Below the pieces are notes generated by a model, which did not search any database, was not told the origin of the DNA, and was given only the letters and a program-made list of their open reading frames with translations. A DNA stretch of 55,278 nt, the filler included, from Squatina squatina (lineage: Eukaryota), in NCBI GenBank assembly GCA_031763465.1. It is 3 parts of 3 records of this genome, joined end to end, with 100 filler letters (N's around TTAATTAATTAA, not from the genome) between each part and the next. Parts side by side here need not be neighbours in the genome. Positions count along the whole stretch, not along the records: positions 40,179 to 55,278 come from JARFOE010000233.1; 2 more parts are not named here. The stretch is one strand, 5' to 3'. Shown piece by piece: positions 47,376 to 55,278 of this stretch. The position numbers and the translations under genes were made by a program. Numbering within the stretch: the first letter of the stretch is position 1; every line of letters begins with the position of its first letter.

Positions 47376-49964
47376 TGAGATAGTGTTGAAATGTTGATTT
47401 TTTTAAAATCCAAAATAATATAACCTGTACAATACATCTCTTCAAGGTTCCTCTTTCAAGCTCAACAATTGTCAGGGGCTACAGCTGGTTTAAAAATGTG
47501 TTTGACATGAGTACTGCTGGGGTTACCCAATTACAGTTGAACCTGCAATGTGACTGCTAGCTTCTGCCTTGATAACAGTGCTGCCAATACACGTGTGCAA
47601 ATTTAACATGTGTTTGCATGAGTGGCCTTTGCTTTTGAAGCACAATATTTTCCTAAAGCACCTTTATTATTAGATGCAAATAGAGAATGTATTATCTTGC
47701 TAGATTAATTAGTCTATATGTTGCTTACCCTTTTAAGTGGAATATTGCTGTGACTTGCCTTCTTGTCTTGTCTGCAGCTGCACTGAAAACACTCTTCACT
47801 TTCTCATTCAGAAAGCTTCCTTTCAGTGTGCTTTTATTTGTTCGTGGCCTAAAACATTATCTTTCATTCTGCTGAACTGGCAAAGGAGTGTCCTTCAATT
47901 TTCCATTTTACACCTGTTTGCTTTCATACATTCTGATTATTTTCCTGGCATAGGTCACAGCCAAAGAACTTTCTGTACTGAATGAACTGGGTGTATAGTN
48001 NNNNNNNNNGAATTTAGTAAAACTTTTTTTTTAAAGTCTATACATAGATGGAATGTGTCAGGAGTTGTGTGGACCACTGAACTTATGATTGGCACATGCA
48101 CTTGTGAATTATAATCCCTGTGTCACGAGATTTTGTTTCCAGCGATTCATCATCTCACAAACTTTTTGGCTAGTGCCATTTGCTGCTACCATTATTCTGA
48201 ATGTCAAAGCAGTCTCCCTTTACTTATAAAACTGCAATATTACCTAGTGACGTTTTTTACATGGCGGTGTGATGATTGTGGTCTATCAAAGGTCAATAAG
48301 ACCTCGGTTTACATTCAGACAACCTGCTGTTCACATAGCTCTGCCTGGGAAATTAAAAGTGATAGTAGGTGGGAGGGAAAAGAGATAGCGTGGTAGGGGG
48401 AAGGGACAGCAGAAAGACAGAAGTAAACAGAAGAGGAGCATGATGAGATAGGGATAGAAAGTGCCAGATTGGAGGTTGAGCAACTACCAGCTTGGAGTTT
48501 GGCAAATGCACAGTGAACAATGTTCTAGCTTGATTCCCCGATGAGTAAGTTTGGTAAATCTATTGACTGGCTTGTTTTACAAACATACAAAACAGGAAGG
48601 CTCCAGTTAGAACCCTGTTCTGTGCTGAGTTAGATTATTTCAACTGGGCCAGTGGTGGGGTGTTACAACTGAGCTCTCTGTTCCTGATTGATACCTTGCA
48701 CACCTGAATGGANNNNNNNNNNNNNNNNNNNNNNNNNNNNNNNNNNNNNNNNNNNNNNNNNNNNNNNNNNNNNNNNNNNNNNNNNNNNNNNNNNNNNNNN
48801 NNNNNNNNNNNNCCACAGCAACATGTGTGGTACTTTCATTGTCACAGCCATACTTTCATAAGCGCAGTCTCCTTTCTCCACCCAGCTTAAAAAAAAAAGC
48901 AGCTTTACCCAGCAACAGGGGCACACTCCATCTGCTGTCTAGTATAATCAGACGGGCCAGTAGCTCTGGCACAAGCTGACTTTCATTCTTCCATTCAATC
49001 CAGAGCTCCCTTTCAGCTGCCTATTGTCTGCTGCTAATGGCTTTACAATGGCACTGCCTGTTGCCGTCGGAATTAGAATAGGCTAGGATGGGGAGAGAGC
49101 CCTAATCTCTGTATAGAATTAGAGAGGATCAGAATTAGTAATGGAGTGGGTTAGGAGGAATGCACTGATTGATAAGGGGACGTGCAGCTTTCCAGCCGTC
49201 AGCTGTTCAGATTAGTGGGGGCTTTAAGTGTTGAGGCACAATATTTTATTCTGCACGCTTCTAGTCTGCAGGATGAGTGCATGGCTCAGCTCATGCAGTC
49301 TTTTCAAGGCCCCATAAATCATGCGACAAAAATGCCCAGATACAGTGACAGATGGAAAGGAGGTTGGGTAGACCCAGAGCCTCAGGCACACCCACTCGAA
49401 CAAAGATAGTTCAACTCACTGAGAAATGTTCCAGTCCTGNNNNNNNNNNNNCCAAGATATGGCCCCTCCCACCAACCCTCCGCCCCCCCCCCCCCACCCC
49501 GCTCTGCCACGTAAGCACATTACCTGCCACATATTTGCTTACGAAAGGCACATTCACATGCAAATGCCGGCTCTCTGCACTCAGCCCAGGCACGTGGCCA
49601 CAGCCTAATGCAGAAATAATCTGAAATGTTTCTGCCCTCTGGCCTGAAACACAAGAGCTGCCAGAATGGAACTCACCACATGGCAGGTGCAAGGCACANN
49701 NNNNNNNNAAACTAAGCAAAAGCCCAAAGAACATAATCAGAAGCATGCGTTAAAAGCACACCAAGAGTCAGGGGGAGGGGGGAGAGTGAGGGCAGGCCTC
49801 AGTTCTGGTGTTTGTCTTCAACAAGCCTATAAAAGCTTTGACAGACAGCTATAATAATAAATCAAACCTTAACATTAAATAGCCTTTAACTAGACAGAGC
49901 TAACATTACCTGTGTAAACACACAACACAGAGCTGGAGTGCAGTAAATTTATTATTTTGAAACT

Positions 49965-50165
49965 CCAAAAGAATAAAGGTACATGCTGGAAGTCCGAATA
50001 CAAAAATGCCCAGGAAATGCACAGTGGCCTGAGTTAGAATCGGAAAGAGAAGAGATGGGTTGGTATCTGGGTATGGACCCCTCGTCAGAGTCCCAGCTGA
50101 AATGTTAATCCATGTTTTCTCTTTCAGATGTTGTGCGTTTGCAGCATTTTCCTTTTTTGTTTTTA
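49965..50165. mobile_element. Degenerate palindromic Penelope-derived non-autonomous element
   Basis: Left arm ATGCTGGAAGTCCGAATACAAAAATG and right arm CTGAAATGTTAATCCATGTTTTCTCTTTCAGATG...CAGCATTTTCCTTTTTTGTTTTT; the left arm is similar to the reverse complement of the Penelope terminal fragment at 30745-30790. Confidence 0.5.
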
Positions 50166-53100
50166 AAGAACCCTTTGTAAAATTGGCTGTGAAAAATAGG
50201 ACTGTGCTAGAGCGCTTCCAAACTTATAAGGGTAAATTTTACCAATTCGTACTGATGCAGAGTTAAATAAATATTTTTAATAGATGGAAAATGTGGTGGT
50301 GCTCACTGACTTTTATTCCTCAATTCCCTGCATGCACCCTCAGCAGGCAAACCTCTGTACCTCGAACGTCAAGTTGTACCTTTCTCCTTTAGTGTGCTGT
50401 CCGAACATACGCTAAAGGTCTTTTATGTAACAGCAAAACATTGAAACCCAAGTATCAACTTCCTAAAAGGCTTTCAAGGAACAATGTCGGTTTCCTTTAA
50501 GTAAAAAACATTTTTCTTTAGTCTTCCATACAGTAATAATTTGGAATAAAAAAGAAATCTGGGGTTTCAGTAGTTAAAACAGAATCTTTCAATGACTCCC
50601 TTTTGATGTGGAAGTTTTGTTCTGCTTGCTGTTTTCAATCATACCGCAAAATGGGATCTCTTGGGGATTTTTGTAAAGGCAGCATTTCAGAGCACGTGTT
50701 GTCAACTGTTGCAGAAAAAAAAGTGCTCCTGCAAAGCCCTTTCAGCATTGTCTTGGAGGAGCTGGTGGGCAGCAGGCGATTCCTGACAGCTGTGGATCGC
50801 GTGTATCACAAACAGCTGCCTTGTCCTGGGGTGAAATTAAAAGATTAGGTGGATATGGGCACGTGCGAGACAATGCTCGAGTGGGGTGGNNNNNNNNNNN
50901 NNNNNNNNNNNNNNNNNNNNNNNNNNNNNNNNNNNNNNNNNNNNNNNNNNNNNNNNNNNNNNNNNNNNNNNNNNNNNNNNNNNNNNNNNATTTGAAGCTG
51001 TTATTCCAAACTTTGTGGTACAGTAAAACCTTTAATTTTGTACACTTCAAATACTTTGGTTGTTAAGAACATTGCCATCAGATTTTAATTTTCACAGGAA
51101 AAACTGTAACTCTTAACTTACTACTGGAACTGTGCATTTTGTGGGAGCTGAAGTTTAACACCACACAAAAGGCTTAAAAGCAGTTTGAAATTAAACTCAA
51201 AAGGCAACAGCGCGGCTCTGAAAAGGCTCACTAGGCCCAGCAACAGCTGCCTCAGCGCAAGACATTTGAGACAGCTTTATTCACAGACATAACAGATCCA
51301 TAAAGAAAAGGTTGCAGCATGCTTCTTCTGCAAAGAAGTGGGCCAGGCTTACTGAGTTCATGTGCAAATGAGGGAAATGTTTGAAATCATTATATAACAC
51401 CATTAAAGACCTACATCAAGATGACTAGATGTAATTCTTTGAGTCAGGAGATTGTGTGCTTTACTTTGTTTTTTTTACTGTCCTCCACATTTATATAATT
51501 GAAACATTACTGGAGTTGCCAGGGGCATTTTTTAACTTCCGGCCACCTGAAAAATGAACAGCCACTAGTTGAAAATTTGGGAGGTGTTCCGGCTGCCCCC
51601 ATTGATGTCCAAAGCTCACCCTGATCCAAACTTCAGGTAAGCCTGTGAAAGTGTGAGCACCAATTTTCCAGTTAAGCTGTGCGGCAGCACAGNNNNNNNN
51701 NNNNNNNNNNNNNNNNNNNNNNNNNNNNNNNNNNNNNNNNNNNNNNNNNNNNNNNNNNNNNNNNNNNNNNNNNNNNNNNNNNNNNNNNNNNNCATACGCT
51801 TCATGCAGGTGCAAGAAACCATCAGTCAACACCATGATGCAGCCACAACTTTGCTCCGCAAAACAGGCGCTCTCCTGAAAAAAAACCTTTTGCAAGCGAA
51901 AGAAATGCTCATTGATTCAAAAATAATAAAATTTCAATGTGGTGAGTGAGTAGTAATATTTTGGTAATGTCGCTGAAGCTGCAAGACTGAGCCACAAAGT
52001 ATTTCATTATATATGTATCTTAAAAACCTAATTTATTAAAATAACGTGTGAACGCTTTGGAGTTCAATCAAGTCATCCTGCAAAATTGTACAACACTTTG
52101 AACATTGTGCAATAAGAGTGTTAATAGCATAATTGAAAAAGGGCAACAAAGATAGCAAGATAGCAAGCGTAGTTCACAATTCATACAGCACGGCTAGAAT
52201 AAAATGTGAAAACATTTGGCAATACTCTAACCCCTTAAATGTTAGCCTTGATAGCAATCAAATAACATACAGAGTATCTACAAAGCACATTCAGTAAGGG
52301 GCTTAATACAAGGTACACAACTACTTGTTACAAATAATTATCTTATTCTTATGCTCAAAATCTAACTTCTGTACATAATTCTTGAATGGTTTGCTCTTGT
52401 TACATGATATATTTTATGGCTAGCTAATTTGTAAGAACATTTGGTCCTTGTAGTTCATATTACTGTGCAAACCTGAATATGAAGATCATACTAAAGTGAT
52501 TTTTTCATCTTCAGTCTTATGCTTCCAGTTGCACAACCCACACTATTTTTTTCTGACACTGTACATGCACACTATTTATTCTTTAATTATTTCAAATGGC
52601 AAACAGCAAATTCTGGCAATGAGGAGTTAAAAAGTTTCAATTAAAACCGGTCCATATGGATTAACTAGACTATTAGAATGCTGTAGTGGCACAGGACAGA
52701 ATGCAGCATTTGTGTTCTTCATGGGTTGGGGTACTATTGACTAGACAACCTCCTAAAGCTACAATGAATTTTAAACAAAGCATAGTCCTAATTGAAATGG
52801 CGTTTTACTATAATTTGATGTTACAAGTTTGCTATAAAAAATTTAATTTGACATACCATCTTAAGGGCATCAGCCTGCATATCATATCTAATTTAAGATA
52901 TAGAACACATGCAGGTTTTCCTCTCAATGTTGAAAACCTTGTACTTAAGTATTTATGGTAACCTTTTAGATAATGCAGGAAAAAGATTAATTCACAATTT
53001 AATTGGCAATATAACACTGTTCCTCTCAAATCCAAATACTACCATTTTACATAATATGCCTACTGTTTCCTGATTCACAAATAATTTGCAAGAATTAACA

Positions 53101-53594
53101 GGAATTGTGGAAAACCTGACACAATTAGTGACAAGCTTTCTCATTTTCTTCAGAAAATGTAGTTTCCACAACAATTTACAGTATTAAAGAACAACTGCTA
53201 ACTACTTAGTAATTTTTAGTAAACTTCTTCATAAATAGACATTCTAATAATCTAACATGTTATTGAGGTGATTAATGCATTAGCCTAATGCATGAGTAGT
53301 TTCCCATGTTGATGAAAGACTTAAGAGGTGAGTGTTATCATAGGATCTAAATGATTTCCAACATTGGATACACTACTATGTATCATATAACTTTTATGTT
53401 TTAATATTTATCCTGTCATTGTTCAGGCAGGCAGGCCTAATTCATTAATTGATGATTGAAGTTCTTAAAACAAATGTGCCCCTTCAATCACCTTATTGGT
53501 ACAATTCTGGCTGTAATGATGCAGGCTTTTGAAATATTATTTTCTCTTTCAATTAACACTTCTCTTGACTGGTCCTCATGCCCAGGACAAAGGC

Positions 53595-53692
53595 ATGTAT
53601 ATGGAGTTAGGTTACAGATCAGCCATGATCTCATTGAATGGCAGAACAGGCTCAAGAGGTTAAACAGCCTACTCCTGTTCCTATGTTCCCCA
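53595..53692 (+). mobile_element. CR1-type LINE 3' tail
   Basis: GATCAGCCATGATCTCATTGAATGGCAGAACAGGCTCAAGAGG...CCTACTCCTGTTCCTATGTTCC; related tail at 46369-46400. Confidence 0.7.
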
Positions 53693-55278
53693 TAAACAGG
53701 AAGTGTGCTTCTTGTAGGCTTTGCCCGCACTAGGCTTAAAAAGTACTGTGCGCTTTTTGTAAGCACATCTTAAGATTTTGGTCTGTTCTGAATGGCAGTT
53801 ATAAAGCTAAATTTAGCCACCACATTTATTTCCAAATGAAACAATTAAGCCTGACCACTTGGCACATGCAATACAATATAGCACTTTCAGAGGCTTTGTA
53901 AGTGTTAAATTTCTCTTTTCAAGCTCCTCCTTTAATCCTGAGGTGAACTTTGGTCTTCTTTCAGCATTCAAAAGAGCACAGAGCAAACTCTAAAACCACC
54001 TTCTCTTTTTGCTAATGCACTGTATAGTTGGAGAACTTCGCCCCAGCTTATTTTTTCTAAGCTGAACTCATAGATAATATTCTCTTCCAGTAGCCAAAAT
54101 GTTTAGCCTTTAGGCTCAGATTCTCTTTGATATTAGAATTGCATATGAAAAAGGAACAGTACTACTTTGNNNNNNNNNNCAATAATACAATTCCTCCTGT
54201 TAGAAATTTAAGTGCCTAGAGATGTTTTGCTACTTGAAAGGCGCTATATGTGCTGTCATAAATTAGATACAATACTAATGGAGCATTACAAAACATACTA
54301 TAAAAGGCAAATGTGGAACTTCAGCATGGAGTTTTATTTGTTTGCTCAGCTATGATAACCCACAAACTAACAAACCAAGGAAGGGTTTCTGACCCTTTGC
54401 TTACTTTACTCCATCTCACACCTANNNNNNNNNNNNNNNNNNNNNNNNNNNNNNNNNNNNNNNNNNNNNNNNNNNNNNNNNNNNNNNNNNNNNNNNNNNN
54501 NNNNNNNNNNNNNNNNNNNNNNNNGGACGCACAACGTGTACACTTAGCTGCTGCCATTTTGAAATTGTTCCTCCCACTACAGATTCTTTTTATTTTTGTC
54601 AGTGTAATCCAGGGCATTTCAGATAGTTATAATATAGATTAATCAAATATTTAATTGCAACTGTTTAAAATACAATTATGGTCTACTCAGGAACATTAGA
54701 TGTAAATATTTTCATTCATGTGATATTCATCAGAACCAAGCTTAAAAACATGGCTTGGGAACACAAAGGAAATTTCTTCTACAGTACAAGCAAAGTGAGT
54801 TGTGCCTTGCGGTCTCTGTAAGAATATTAATTCTGTTTCATTCAGAGAGCTTGGCTCTGTGTCCAGATTCAAAAGAATGCCAACAATGCTTTCATAAGAA
54901 TGTTTAATTGGTAGAGTAGGTCAGCATTATGTAGAGAAGGACAATTAAGACTAAAATGACCCTACCCAAGTACATATGGATAAAGGGCTTTTCCTGAATA
55001 CTCAGGGCCCTTGTTCTCATGTTCCACTTGTTGGGAAACACAGGACTCTGTTACTGCATGTTACATTAAGCAGTGGTGAATATCCTTAAGTTTCAGATGG
55101 CAGGTGTTGATTATTGGACCTCAGTGGTGTGTGAAAACAATGTACTGAATGAGATTGGGTGGATTTTTCACTGCCTTCACCTGGTATTAACCTCAAAATA
55201 GAGTCGGTAGCCGTACTGTCTTGTCAATAATGGCAACGTAGCCAGCGCGTGGGGTTTGGGACATTTTATTACATTAAA

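Overview
Eukaryotic vertebrate DNA, most likely from a cartilaginous fish (inferred from the SINE/CR1/L2/Penelope repeat content), from a very fragmented assembly with about 1-kb contigs and many 100-N gaps. Two artificial 100-nt linkers (N44-TTAATTAATTAA-N44, at 18689-18788 and 40079-40178) split the window into three unrelated scaffolds. Scaffold 1 (1-18688) carries SCARF2 on the minus strand (a signal-peptide exon missed by the ORF track, plus the last two coding exons and a probable 3'UTR) and two PRODH exons on the plus strand, in divergent orientation. Scaffold 2 (18789-40078) carries three bHLH-ZIP exons of TFEC (minus) and exons 2-4 of TES (plus), the same divergent TFEC-TES pair as human 7q31. 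Scaffold 3 (40179-55278) carries the last three exons and 3'UTR of a GADD45 gene (most like GADD45G), followed by about 14 kb of non-coding DNA. The rest is introns and intergenic DNA with SINEs, CR1/L2/RTE-X/Penelope fragments, two hAT-type MITEs and three minisatellites. Most ORFs in the track are artefacts of N gaps or repeats. I do not see a convincing new biological system. The best leads are modest: a TATA-bearing minisatellite with higher-order structure, a hemITAM-like motif in the SCARF2 tail, paralogue-mosaic GADD45 and TFEC sequences, and a candidate unannotated TFEC first exon. Protein and repeat assignments come from recalled similarity; no database search was run.
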